A stretch of 64,000 nt of DNA from Lama guanicoe (taxonomy: Eukaryota): contig MU053557.1 of assembly GCA_013239625.1 (NCBI GenBank), positions 4,060,123-4,124,122 of the forward strand, in the 5' to 3' direction. Positions 1-15,324 of the stretch are shown here, piece after piece. The translations under genes and the position numbers were made by a program. The notes beneath the pieces are model-generated. The model ran no database searches. It saw only the letters and a program-made list of their open reading frames with translations, and was not told where the DNA came from. The stretch's first letter is position 1. Each line of letters begins with the position of its first letter.

Positions 1-560
1 TAAATGGAGAGACAAAACAAGTATTCAGGGAATTACAGAACCATATATGATGTTTGGGGGTCCAGGTGATTTGTTAGGGGAGGTGGAATTTGAGCTGAAC
101 CTTTCAGGGATGGGTAGTATTTCAAAAAGTGAAGTCAGGAAAGGTTTTCTGGGCAGAAAAAACTAGAATGATTAATAGCTTCAGAGGCATTGGCAATGGG
201 AGATGACTAGGACATGATATGGAATAAAACAGAACTGCTCGGGCTAAAGCACAGCTCCAAATGTCAGGTGTTCAACCATATTTACTAAGCAGTAGTCAGT
301 GTTTTAAAGTTGTTCGGGAGGAAAGTGGTGAATTTAATCTACCAGTAGTATTTAGGATGGGTTGAGTGACTAGTGATGAGAATGTTAATTAGACTGTTGG
401 AATGGCCCAAATATGAAAAGCAGCATTACATTTCAGACAGTAGAGGGTGATCTTGTTTTGAAACAGTCAGTTGGAAATAGTAGTCTGACTGTTACTCCTT
501 TGGGAACCAAGTTGTAGAATTGAGAGTTGCCTAGCTGGAGTTTGAATGTGCTCTCTTTGA

Positions 561-758
<198 letters not shown>

Positions 759-918
759 TAATGTAAAAGAACTAAAGTTGCCATCATCTTTATATAGTTT
801 CTTTGCCCTTAAGAGAAGAGATTGGGAGCAGCTGCTTCTCACTTGTGCCAGTGAAAATATTTAAGCTTTAAAGAAAAAAGTACAGGAAGATGCATCTTTT
901 AAATTTTTCTCCTCCTAG

Positions 919-1062
<144 letters not shown>

Positions 1063-3157
1063 TAGTTTAAAAAATTAAGGATTCATAAATACTACAATAA
1101 CATTACTATATTCCTTTTTCGAAAGAATCATTATGTTAGTTTATTTTTAATTCTGTCCTCAATCTGTAGTTCTCAACTAATTACCCTGTTGTATTTGTGA
1201 GGGACCATGTGCAGAGATTTGATTCATCTTTTAATGTAGCCTCTCCTCCAGTTCCCTCCAGATGACCACTGCTACTTGATCTGACAAAGATTAGATTAAA
1301 CAGACTAATCCATGTATGGACTTTGGAGTCAAATAGAGCTCACCGTGGTTCCTGTCTTTACCATTTCCTTGCTGTGTGATGCTGGACATGTTTTGTCTGT
1401 GTCTTTTGGAGGAGGTGGTGACTGCGCCCTCAGTGCTTAATTGCTCTGAATTTGATTGATATAATCAACCATAACCTCAACTGAGGGCACATTATCCTTC
1501 GTCCACACCGCACTTTTCTTTTTAGTCCCATTTGTCCCTCATTACAGTCCCATCTGTTCCCAACACCTGTAGTCATGTACTGAATGTCCTTCCAGTCCAT
1601 CTCCCATGTCTTTATTTATATACATATTTAACTCTGAACAAATATAAGGTATTATTTTGTGTGAATTTTTAAAATTTTAGATATATAAATAGTATGTCCT
1701 ATACATGATCTGTTTATTTTTCCATTATTACTTGTAATTATATTTTTGATGCCTATCCATGTACAATTATGAAGATCTGATTTGTTTCTTGCTTTAGGCA
1801 AGTTATACATTCTGTGCTCATTTTTTTCATTCTGTAAAGTGTACGCTTGTGAAGGTTAAATAGTGACTGATACAAACACAGGCATGCATGTGTGTATGAA
1901 TGTGTGTACCTCCACAGACACATAGTAGAGGGTCTGACCTCTAGTAAAAGTCTAGTAAATGCTAACTTGTATTATATTAGTATGGCAAAAAAAAAAATTA
2001 GAGGCTTTCTTTGCACTTCTCTAATACTGGTAGTAAATAAAACAAGGGAATCCTTACCAAACATTTTGTCATAAACTAGGAGAATCCCAGAAAGGAGAGA
2101 TAAAATTGAGATTTAAGCACATCTCTCTTAAATTCTCAAAAACTCCAGACTTGTGGACCCCAGATACACCCTCACAAGGTGGTACTTTACTCCATTCCAA
2201 CCAGTGAGGTCTTCAAACATCTAATAAATGTCTCCTATTGGCGTGTCCCCCTATAACAGAACAGGGGTCCTTCAAAAGTTCAGAGATGGTACCAGCAGGA
2301 GAGCCCGCGCCTAAGAGCTTTCAATCTGTCAGCACTCTACCCTCTGAGGTCTGAGACTTTAATCCTCAGCATTTGGACTCTGCTGGTTGACTTCTCATTC
2401 GTATCTCTCTTCTGAGCTCTCTGAGAATCTGACTGGTTTTCACCCCTCCACTTGTCTGATGATTCTCCCCATATCTTCCCTAACCTAGTGATAGATCACA
2501 TGGCCTGGGGCCCAGCCTTTTCACCTTAAATCTGGTTGTTCAGCTTATCATGTGACAGGATCTTAGATAAGAAGCTCAGTGCCACCCACTGATGGATGGG
2601 TGGACTGTTCATGGTGGATGAGATGACTAAATGAGACTAGAAGTGACCTTAGCCATGGCTGGTTTTATGGCAGAGAACCATTGAACCCTTTTCGCCATCT
2701 AGTCCTCTCTTTTCTCTTTTCCTGTTCCCAACATTGCTTCCTCTTCCTCCTGCCATGTTCCTTTCATGTCACAGGTGAAAAATGAATCTGAAAGGCAGCA
2801 GACTTGCTCAGTGTTCAGACATCAAAGTTACAGAGCTAGATTGCTCAGTAAGATGATCACATTTGGGTCAAGGATGTCACAGAACACGTTTTTATGTAAT
2901 GTTAAAAAGATCAGGCATATTGGCCTTACGGATTTACAATACCTTTCATCTGATCTTCTCGTTGGAGTTGGACCAGACTGAAATCTATGATAAAAATTGG
3001 ATCAGAGTGAAAATTGAGATTTAAAAAAAAGGAAGGGAATACTTTTCTAACATTGGTACGCAGTTGTAATTAAATGTGTTTGTTATATCACAGCTATTTT
3101 TCTCTATAACCATGTATTTTTTGCATTAAACAAGAAGAGTATTTAATCATGTTTCAG

Positions 3158-3363
3158 ACGAGCATCTTCAATAGAACTTTTCTGCAGTGATGGAAATGTT
3201 CTGTATCTGCACTGTTTGATATGGTAACCACTAACTACATGCGAATATTGAACATTTGAACTGTGGCTAATGTCTTAAGAACTAAACTGTTAATTTTATT
3301 ACATTTTAGTTAAATTTAAGTAGCTTACAGATGGCTAGTGGCTACCACACAGGACTGTACAAC
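3158..3363 (+). mobile_element. MER3-like hAT-Charlie MITE
   Basis: caatagaactttctgcagtgatggaaatgttctgtatctgcactg...tggctagtggctacc. Confidence 0.8.
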
Positions 3364-3856
3364 TTTAGACCAAATATCCAAATATTTCTGGTTGTTTTTT
3401 TTTAAGGTTCTGGTTTTATGCTTGTGATAAAAATTAAAATCAACACTGCTCATTTCCTGTTGATGAATGTAAGATAATATAGGTGAAATATTTCAGGTAC
3501 CATTACCAATAAAATTGTATAATTCAATAGTTGCCATCATTCTCTTTAATGAATATTTCCTACGTATTTCCTATATTAAGGCAAGTCATTCTCTGGGACC
3601 TGAGTTTCTTGCCAGTAACATCTTAGATAGGAAAAGGTACCTTAATATCCCTTCTAGCATGAAGGTGACTGTCTTTTCAACAGGACAGAATCACATTTTT
3701 CAAGTCATTTTGATAACTTATCAGTTGTCCTTTATGATAGTGCTTGACCTATGTTAAAGATAGTTATATCTGCAGTATTTTATGCTAATAAAAGGTGAGC
3801 CAGTCCTTCAAAGAGGAATCCAGATAGGTTATACATTGCTCTGTAACTTTGTATAA

Positions 3857-4156
<300 letters not shown>

Positions 4157-4549
4157 TGATTCTGCAGATTATCTATAGGGTTCTTTTAACCAAGTTAGAC
4201 TACCTTACCAGTCTTCTTCATCAGTGCTCCTCTGACAGATTTATGTGGGTTTTTAGCAAGTTGTATGATGAAAGGAGTTGTTGTTCAACAAGTTTCTATA
4301 CTTATCAAAGTTGCCTGTGGTTAAGAGCACAGATGCTGGTTTCAGACTGCCTGACTCCAGTTCTGGTTCACTGACCTGTAGCAGGTTATTCAATTTCTGT
4401 GCCTTAGTTTCTTTGTCTCTAAAGTTAGAAGAACAAAAATCTGCAGTTACCGTGATGGTTACATTAGTACCTGTGAAGCACTAGAGCAGTTGCTGGCACG
4501 TAGTGAGCAGTCATGTGATAGTTGCTGTTGTTTTTATTAAGAGTAAACA

Positions 4550-4709
4550 TTTTCTTTTCTTGTATCTGTACGAGATGATGGTTGTCAGCTGGACCTATTG
4601 TGGTAATCACTTCATAAATCTATGTAAATCACACCATCATGCTGTATACCATAAACTTATACAGTGATGTATGTCAGTTATTTATCAATAAAACCGGGGT
4701 GGGGTGGGG
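4550..4709 (+). mobile_element. 5'-truncated old L1 3' end (L1MC-like) with 10-bp TSD
   Basis: ttgtggtaatcacttc...aaacttatacagtgatgtatgtcagtta...aataaaac; agagtaaaca at 4540-4549 and 4710-4719. Confidence 0.7.
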
Positions 4710-5403
4710 AGAGTAAACACTGTAAGACTCTGTGCTTGATGTCAGGAGAAGGTCTGAAGGAAATAATAAATGACCTTTGCAGTCAGTGTTTGAGCCTGGC
4801 CCCAGAGGAGTTATTTCAACACACAAATGCTTGTTGTGTTTATAATTTGCTGGGGCTGAAAAATGTACAGGACATTATCCTTCCCTTGAGAAGTTTGCCT
4901 TTCTACGAAGGAGGCAGACATGTATGTCTTTAAGATGGCAAAGCAGGATTTTATAAGCAAAGATAGGAATGAGGTCTTTCCATGAGAAGAAAGCTATATG
5001 AACAAAGGTTACAAGGGGGAAGGAAATGTGTTCCATCTTTAGGAACTGGCAGTAGTCCAGTTTGAATAGGTATACAGTACTACACATTCACAATTCCATA
5101 ATGCAGTCCTAACTTAAACTGAGAAGTGGATTCCTGGGATCAGTTATTGAATCCAGATTCTCTGGTTCAGTAGGCATTTATATAACAGGGAGATGTAAAT
5201 TGCTTGCTACACAGAAGAATTTGCGAAGTCTTATCCCTAATTTGGCAAGCAGTATGCAGGGTGGAATGTGACTATTTGATTTTTGAGTCAGCCCAAGATT
5301 TTAAAACTATGTTCTTAAGGAAAGATTGTTCAAGCCCTAGGTGACGGGTTTCTGAGGCATTCTCTTCCCTGGTCCAAAACCCTCTCTCCGGTGTCTCCCA
5401 TAG

Positions 5404-5550
<147 letters not shown>

Positions 5551-5720
5551 TAAGTGATATGCAGCCCCTGCCTGCCCTTCTGGTCAGTTCCCAGAGCGAG
5601 GGTGCCAGAAACAAGACCTGTTTAGTCTTTATCTTAAATGGCTCCATCTGGGCTTTTCAGGCTCTGAAAAGTATGAAATATAATGTGAAAACCAAAGGGA
5701 AATGAGGACTTTAAAACTAA

Positions 5721-6179
<459 letters not shown>

Positions 6180-6494
6180 TAACTAATTAGATGGAGAGAC
6201 ATGTCTTAGGAAAGATAGGAATGGGAGCCTTACAATTTCTCAAAATAATGGGAATATTGAATATCTGCAGGTAGCAGGGACCAGATAAATATTGCTCCCC
6301 TGTATGAGCCTTTACCATCCCTAAAATAATCAGAAGCAGTATTGAAACACAGAAAGTAGAAGAAAATTGCAACTTGTTGCAGTTTTAGAGTTGGCAGTGA
6401 CACGAGGGCATCTGTCTCAACCTCTGTATTTTGTATGTGTGTATACATGCATATATTGAGAGAGAAACTAACACTTAATGAAAGCAAAGGATGA

Positions 6495-6773
<279 letters not shown>

Positions 6774-7515
6774 TAGTTTGCGTATATCCTCTGCTGTGTT
6801 AGATGCTTAGTGTTTTTCTTGAGAGTTAGGAGCAGTGCAGCTTTTAAATCACTTCCCATGTAAATGTTTTTATTGGCTTTTTGTTATTGTTTGGTTCTCC
6901 CCTTTCAAAAAAACAGCTTTAAATTTATACACTAGGTAATCAGTTGACTTACTAGGGACTTATAAAGGTTGGTGGGAAGGAGTCTTTCGGACAAATTTTC
7001 CTACCTAGATTTTTTTATTACCTAAATGTTTGTAATTTTGTTACTCCCTATTGAAGAATTGGTCAACTCTGTTGTTTCAAAATTGTTCCAGTTACACTAA
7101 TTAATTCTGCTACTTATGAGTTGCTTCTTATTGGGTAGCAAACAGGAATTTATGATTTAACTATAGATACTTGGGGTGGGGGACAGATAACTGGAAACTT
7201 GAAGGAACTTTTAAATATAATTCTTTTAAATTAGCACACTTGAATATCCATTTGTAGGAAATTAAAAAAAAATATTTTAGGAGGAAGTGGATTTCATAAA
7301 TTCCATGTACATGTATATGACTTACCTCTCTGGTGTATTTTTCACCTTGGGCCTTTAATCCTATGTGCGCTCTTAGGCATCAAACATAGTGCTTAACCAG
7401 ACTGATGGGGACCCATTCCATGAGCTGTACATACATCAGTTATACTGCATTAGAGCACACAGTCATGTCCTATGGACTAGCTTTATCGGAGTGACCTTCC
7501 AAATGATCCTGATAA

Positions 7516-7728
<213 letters not shown>

Positions 7729-8430
7729 CTGGTCCCTTCCCTTTCCAGCTGTTCTGGCAGAAGCTGCAGGGCTGACCAGCTGGCAGAGAGCTCCACAGAG
7801 ACTTGGGGCATGCAGTTGGGAGACCCGGGCTCAGTTTGGTATATAGGAAATGTATAAGGAACGTTAAAGTTGTATACAAAGATTTGTACATAGAGGAAAT
7901 ATAAAGACACTTCCTAAGTACCAACTTTATATCATATGTTTATACAATTTAATTTAAAAATTCATTTTAATGAAGGCAGATAATTGGAAAGAGTTCATTT
8001 TTCCAGACTTAGTTCATACAGTGTCACTTTTTGGCTGAGCCCATATTTACTATATTCTTAATAATCACTGTCATCCCCTTAAATCTGTGCCTTTTTCTCG
8101 AGCAAAGCTGTTTTGAGTAAACCTGTTGAAGAGTCTTTGTGTCTTGTGCTTTTTTTGTGTTAATATTAAAACACCAACTAACCCTGTAGTCAGAGGCAGC
8201 TATATGTTTCTGTACAGAATTGTGGGGTTTTTTTTCTTTTGGTATTATAGTTGCCATATTTCTTAAAATCAAGCAAAAAAGACTCATGAGTTTAAAAAAA
8301 AATTTGAGTTTGAGGAGGAAATGGAAAAGTTTCCAAAGCATTTTTAGTTATTTATTTCCATATTCAATTGTGTATAATGCTTTATCTTGAGTATAAAAAT
8401 AAAAGTTTATTAAAACCTGTTTTCTTGCCT
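7729..8430 (+). other. FBXO38: FBXO38 3'UTR (end approximate)
   Basis: AU-rich, TGTA-containing sequence after the stop, ending at tandem poly(A) signals. Confidence 0.8.
8398..8414 (+). terminator. FBXO38: Polyadenylation signals of FBXO38 (AATAAA 8398-8403, ATTAAA 8409-8414)
   Basis: Hexamers seen directly, followed by a T/GT-rich element (tgttttcttgccttgg). Confidence 0.8.
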
Positions 8431-9561
8431 TGGACCTGATCCCTCATTGTAAAGAAGAGTACCAAATGCTACAACCGGACAAGGAATGTGTGGGTGTGTC
8501 TAGATAAGATTTCAGTGTAATCCCATTTCTGATCTCTTTGTGAAAGTTCTGTGGCTGCAAGATGTTCAACTCAGAACTCTATACAACAGAACACTGGGAC
8601 AGCAGAATTTCCCCAAATATCTGGTCATCGGGAGATGACCTTTCTTCTTTTTCAAGGGGAGAAATTCACCTGATACATGGCAGTTTATGTGCAATATCAC
8701 AGTGTCAGGAGCCAAGGCTGAAAAAGCTTTAGAGCAACCCACCTGCGTTTTTTGAGGACTTGCTTTGCCGCCTGCTTAGCTGAGTGACCTCAACAAACTG
8801 CACAAACTGAAGGTCTGTAGAAACTCTCTCCAAATAGAATATGTAGTTATGGCCTGTATGAGGTGTAAGGGTCCAACCCCTTCATTTTCAGAGGCTTAAC
8901 TGAAGCCCAGAGGGAAAACAGCTCACTCACAGACACTGTTAAGGCTGGGAGAGACGAGAATCCCGGTGCCTGATTCCCACCAGCTGCCTCTTACCTCCAT
9001 CGTTAATGTCCACAGAGATGCAAGGTGCCAGCAAGTTTCCCCATCGCTAACAGTGTGAATAATAATGCCTTTTCTTCAAAGTTTTCTAAGACTTTTAAAA
9101 TTCTATTTACATTAGGAAGAATGTTCCATGCTGCATTCAGTCATCTCTATTGTTTTTAACTCAGCTCACTTCTTTTAACTAAGAGTGTTCCGCTCGCCAG
9201 GTTAGGACTGTGATCAATAAAAGGTGGGAAACAAATTATAGGACATTCTAGATATTTCAAAGTAATACAGAACCCCCAACCCTCGGCTAAGACTTCATCT
9301 AAACCTGGTTGTTCACTGTAACCATAATCAAATTATCTAAATAATGCTTAGATTTAAGGCCACTAGAGGTTGCTGCTCTCTAACTTGTTGGTTTATCTGT
9401 CTGTCTCAAAACCCACTCTTAGAACAAGTACAGCGGGAAGCACGAAGATCATTCTAAAGATGCCTAGACTGGAACAACTGAAAAAAAACAAAATTTGGGA
9501 GATGCCTAGAGTAGGCATATAGTAAATGTGTGTGTAATGAATGGCTGAGTCGCACAACAGC

Positions 9562-9856
9562 AGCTGTCAGCACACTTTTTCTGTACAGGGCCAAACAGCA
9601 AACGTTTAGGCTCAGCTGTGACAGCCACTCAGTTCTGCTGTTGTAGTGTGAAAGCAGCCACGGAGGAAACACCAAGGAAGGGGCATGGCTGTGTTACAAT
9701 AAAGCTTTTATTTTTGGACACAAATTTGAATTTCACATAGTTTTCACATATCACAAAATATCTTGATTTGTTTTCCAACCACTTAAAAAAGTAAAAACCA
9801 CTCTTAGTTTACAGACTGGAGGATTTGGCCCCAGGCTGTTGTTTGCCCACACTTGC
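9562..9856 (+). mobile_element. MER58B-like hAT-Charlie element
   Basis: ttttctgtacagggcca...gtagtgtgaaagcagcca...catggctgtgttacaataaa...gatttggccc. Confidence 0.75.
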
Positions 9857-10296
9857 CAGAGAGAACTGAGTTGTCCTATTGGTCCATTCAATTCTGTGTA
9901 ACCAGCTTGTGGTGCAGTGTCTGGCATATAAAAGGCCTTAAATGTTTTCATGGATGATTTACTGAATTAATGTCAATTTTAGAAAATCTTGTCTCTCTTG
10001 TAACACTGCTGGGTGTGTGAGTAATAGATGGCACCACAGTGCTTCCAGGAACTTTCTATTTGGAATCCGAAGTCCTGGACTCTCATTCTGACTCCCTCAG
10101 ATGACTTCTGGGTGACCAGGAGATGGTCATAACACCTACTCTGGAGCCTCAGTTTCCTCATTTGTAAATAGCAACAATGACTAACGTACCCACCCCTCAG
10201 GGCAGTTGTGAAGATCCAGTGAGAGCCCTCAGTAAACTGGACACTGATGCAAATGGAGGTAGATTGCTTCCACGGTAATTCCCTTTATTATGAAAG

Positions 10297-10498
10297 GGCT
10301 GGCTGGCTGGCTGGCTGGCTTGCTTTCTCTTTCCTTCTTTTCTTTTCTTTTTCCTTCCTTCCTCCCTTCCTTCCTTCCTTCCTTTTCTTCCTTCCTTCCT
10401 TTCTTCCTTCCTTTCTTTCTTTCCTTCCTTCCTTCCTTTTCTTCCTTCCTTTCTTTCTCTTTCCTTCTTTCCTTCTTTTCTTCCTTTCTTTCTTTCTT
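10297..10498. repeat. Compound microsatellite: (GGCT)n then about 175 bp of (CCTT/CTTT)n
   Basis: Seen directly. Confidence 0.95.
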
Positions 10499-11461
10499 AA
10501 CTAATCTTTCTTCAGTTCCTTAGACCAGATCCCAGGGTGGTGAGAAGCAGAGAGAGAACGGGTGAGGCCATTAAGAGGAAATAAGGATACTGTGACAGCA
10601 TTTTTAAAGCATTTACCAAGTCTTTCTGTATACATCCTCATACTGACACTTTTAAAGTATGTCTGATCATTATGCCCCCTACTTTACTGTTAGGGAAATC
10701 AGAATTTAATAGGTTAAACACCTGGCTTACAAACACATATCCAGAGAGTAGTGGAAGCAGGGTGCCGCCAGCCTGACTCTAAAGCCCACTCAACTGAGCA
10801 AAGTGGCTCAGTCCCTCAAAAGTAGGGTGGAAGCCAGGTGAGGCCCATCTCAAGAGTGGGCCTTCTCCTCAGGAAGCTGCCCTGTCAGAGTTGCTGTTGC
10901 CGCTGAAACATGAAACAACTCCAGCTGATCTTCACATGTTAGTACAATCCCAGAAAATCAGAGGCTGTTGATTTCTGATGCAGGCCTCAAGTGTCCCACT
11001 CAGACGTGGGACATGGTTACAACACACACACACACACAAACCCAACAAAAAACCCAACATTGTTAACTATACAATGTCTATGGTATGAAATACACACACA
11101 GCAACTAATAAGAATGCAGAGGAATCACGTTGATGTGAAATGTTGAAGCTGTACCGCAGAAAAGGCAAGCTGCAGTTACTATATACTGCATCATCTTATT
11201 TATATATAAGAACAAACCAAAACCATGTATTTTTACATGTACATTTGGACACATGTAAATACACAGAACATATTCTTGAATTATATAAGCCAGCTGGTAA
11301 AAGGAAGTAACTTCTTGGGAGGGGAGTGGGGTTAAGGTGGTGTCAAGGGATATTTTACTGTATCCATATTATTAGAAATTTTTATAATGGGGATGGAGTG
11401 CATAAATATATTGTTTCTGTAACCCATCATTTATATCTAAAAATATAATCTGCACATTTAG

Positions 11462-11950
11462 AAATACTATTCAGCCATAAAAAATGACAACATAACGCCA
11501 TTTGCAGCACCATGAATGTCCCTGGAGAATATCATTCTAAGTGAAGTAAGCCAGAAAGAGAAAGATAAATACCATATGAAATCGCTCATATGTGGAATCA
11601 AAAAAAAAAGGACATAAATACAAAACAGAAACAGACTCATAGACATAGAATACAAACTTGTGGTTGCCAGAGGGGAGAGGGGTGGGAAGGGGCAGACTGG
11701 GAGTTCGAAATTTGTAGACACTGACAGGCATACGTAGAATAGATAAACAAGATTATACTGTATAGCTCAACTGTATAGCGAAATATATACAAGATCTTGT
11801 GGTAGCTCACAGTGAAAAAGAATGTGACAATGAATATATGTATGTTCATGTATAACTGAAAAATTGTGCCCTATACTGGAAACTGACACAACATTGTAAA
11901 CTGACTATAACTCAATAAAAAAAAAGATTAAACTCAAAAAATAAAATAGA
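11462..11950 (+). mobile_element. Relatively young 5'-truncated L1 (ORF2 end, 3'UTR, A-rich tail), camelid-like
   Basis: tactattcagccataaaaaa...ctaagtgaagtaagccag...gacacaacattgtaaactgactataactcaataaaaaa; tagaaata on both sides (11459, 11947). Confidence 0.85.
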
Positions 11951-12934
11951 AATATGTTAACAACAAGAAGAAAGCACTCCGTTAGGATGGAGTGACTTGA
12001 AGTGTTTTCAGTCCTGACTTCTGCCCCACCCCATATAAGCTCTGTGTTCTTGGGCAAAGTCTGTTTCTTTTTCTATAAAATGAAGTCAATAAGCTCTCCC
12101 TACAAGCTGCTGTGAGAGGCTCAGAGATCATGCTGTGAAAGTGCAGAGAAACTATGCAGTGCCTGCAGTGCTGAGCTGATGGGACGTACGCACATCCACA
12201 TACTGTTCCAAGTTTCAACTAACAATGTGGAGAAATCAAATTGCCTTCCACTGAGGCCACTCCTGGTGTGGGCAGCCCCAGGGACAGTACGGGACACAAA
12301 AGACTAATCCTTTCTTTGTCTCACACACCTGATTCTCAGGGTCTTTTGCTGGTTATTCAGGGCGCTGAATTTTGGGCAGTCTACAAAAGATCAGTGTGGA
12401 AGGGCCTTTCTTCCTGATCAATCATCTACCTGAACCCCCGCATTGTGTAAAGATGGAAACTGAAGCTCAGAGAGTGGAAGGCAGCAGAAGAAGGCAGAGC
12501 ACGTGAGTGGCAGAGTTTCAGTCTGGAGTAGGCATGTCCCAAGTTCCTCCCCGGGTCCCAGGCTGACTGGAAGGGAGCATCTCAGGCAGCAGGAGGACAG
12601 GGGCCAGCCTTGGCTTGTTCAGTACTCTCTCCTCGAACTGGGTCAAACACGGGAATGTGGAGTAAATTAATCCCAATGAGGAAGAGAGTTGCACGCACTG
12701 AAGACCTTGGGCGTTACAGTCAGGCTGCTGGCGTTTCCCTTCCAAATCCACACTTGCCGGGTCTGTTTCCTCGCGCTAGTCTCTAGATACCTCAGCGGAG
12801 ACAGCTCATCTGGGAAGCAGGGGCAGTTCTAGTACTTATCTTCTAAGGACTTTATGCAGATTAAACAAGATAATCCATGTAAAGTATTTACCACAGTGCC
12901 TAGCAGAAAGGAGCTCGTTAAATATTAGCTTTTC

Positions 12935-12968
12935 TTATTATTGCTACATATTATTATTATTATCATTG

Positions 12969-13009
<41 letters not shown>

Positions 13010-13016
13010 TTATTAC
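12935..13016. repeat. (TTA)n microsatellite at the end of a MIR-like fragment
   Basis: Seen directly. Confidence 0.9.
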
Positions 13017-15324
13017 TAAGACATGTGCTGGGGTGAGCTGGAAAAAAAGGAAAGAGAAAGGAGAGACCTAGTCTAAACTGAATATAATATAAATATAGTA
13101 GTTAGAAATATAAGCAGTTTCACTTTTCTTCTCTCTCTGTTGCCAAAATGTGTGGAATGCAGCCTTTCATTAAATCCCATCAACTCGTCAAGGTTGGAAG
13201 TTCATCTCTGGTAAATTCTCTTTCAACCCGCCCTAGCTTAAAGAGCCCCTCGTGGGAGGCGGGTGCCTAACAGCCCTCCAACGCTCACGTCTACCTTTTA
13301 AACGTGGAAGCAGAGGGCAGGCTCTGTGCACTGGCTCCCAGTTAGAATTTAATAACCTTGCTCTGTTTTCATTAATTTCTCTCTATGGCTGCTTCCTACT
13401 TATGGTGAGTAATACCGATTTTCCATTTGGTGTACTGACATAATATTTCTTTCTAAAATAAATTTATGTAAATGAAAACTTAAATTGACTTAAATTAAAA
13501 AAGTAAATAACAGTACAAGCAGGATACATATTAGGTATAAATCCTTGGGTGACACATGTTGGAACACTCAACGATCCTACCAGCTCAGAGATTTTCTTCA
13601 TTTTGTAGATGAGAAAAGGGAGTCAAGTCCTGGTTAAGCCCCAAAGTGACACGTTGTCCCAAACTCAGGCCTTCAAATCCGTCCCTGATTTGTTTAAATT
13701 CAAACCAAATATTCAGCCTCAGTTTTCTAGGTTGGATGGAAAAGAGATTGCAAATTACGGCTAGAAGAGGTAAATGCATTAGTCTTTCTTCCCCCTCCAG
13801 GCTAGCTATTACAGTAAGGACTTTGACCAGAGCAAAACAGAGTAATAGAGAAAAAGAGAAAAGCAATATTGATCTCCCACCAAAGAGAGATATAACACCA
13901 AAGAGAAAAACGGGGAGACAGCATAGCACCAAGAAGACGTTACTTTTGTTCTTACTTGAAGACAATATCAAAGGCAATTTAGTTATAGCCCCTCCCTGTC
14001 CCCTCCCTCATCCCCACCCCCATGCCCACCCTGCATTACCCAGCTAGACAGCAATTTGCTTTGGGACAGAGCAAATTAGCAGCATGACATGAAAATGTTG
14101 GTCAGATGAGATGGTGAAATCTCAGAAAGAACGAGTTTTTCTACAAACACATGCTTGGGCGTCAGCTGAATTTGGTTTTTATCTCTTTTGCTTTCTACCT
14201 GCTCATGGTGAGCTGGTCGGGAAGTGTCAGGGCTTCTACCTGGACAGCCCTGTGGGCTGGAGCGTCAAGTTGTGAAGCAGCGCAGGTGAACCCCCATTAT
14301 CCCAGGCATGGGGCAGTCTTATTGCAGCATCCATCACCCCAGAGATTGTCAAGGCCAATCTGGCAGACATGGCTGGGGCCACGTGCTCCTCCTCCCCAGA
14401 AGCATCCCTTCTTGACACTGCAGGCTTCCCAGAAGAGGATGGCCTTCTCAGAGAAGACGACAAGATACAGCTTGTCCTTCCTTGACGAGCTCTAAGTCTC
14501 CTCCTTGCGAGTCTTCCATACACAGGTTACATTACCTGGATTCCTGGAAGCCAGAGATTTAAGCAATACCAGGCTATCAGCTGTTCAGATAGAACAAGTC
14601 TGGTTCTGTCTTGTGAACCTCCAATGTGGGCATCACCCACATCATCTCTGCCCTGGTCCAAAGAGACAGTAAAGTTTGCTTGTGAGGCCCTCTCTGCAAA
14701 GGGGACCTCCTTCTTGACAATGGAAAGGGCTCCTATTCCTGCAGTTGCTGCCCTTTCCCTGATCCAGGGTGTGTGTGACCGCTACAGATACCAATCCCGG
14801 GCTGGCCCACAGAAGCATGACCGGAGAGTCCAGAAGATATAGATCTGTGACATGGTAAGATCTCATTTTCCCATCTATGTTGTAATCTCTGGATCCCTGT
14901 TGAATTCGAATAGCCATTTAATAAGGGAGACTGCCACTGAGAAATAAAATTTTGTGTAAGCAGATATGCTTGTGAGCTCCTGGGAAGAGAAACATTTGAC
15001 AGGGAAGAATCTTACTGTATTTATGTATGTGTGGATGCACATATGTATTAAACAGTAGGTCTTACTGGGTTTGGGGGGGCATTAAACAAAGTTTACTAGT
15101 TGCTGCAAAGCACTGAACATACCCTTCTCACTGTGAGGTCATTCTATGATCTCTGTCTTAGACCTTCCCAAAGAAGTTCTTTGTGCTTTGAGGAGAACAG
15201 AGACCACATTCAGACAGCAGGTGGAGAGCTCTGTACCCTCGAATTCATTCATCTCTGCCTTTTCTGTAAAAAAGTGGAAAAAAGGAAATACAACTCTGAG
15301 GAGGTGCATTAACCCTCAGCACGA

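Noticed and set aside
10247..10523. F/L/S/P-rich ORFs
   Set aside because: Translation of the (CCTT/CTTT)n microsatellite.
14151..14523. Overlapping 114-aa (+) and 95-aa (-) ORFs in GC-moderate unique sequence
   Set aside because: No recognisable family and no convincing exon chain; cannot be supported without a database search.
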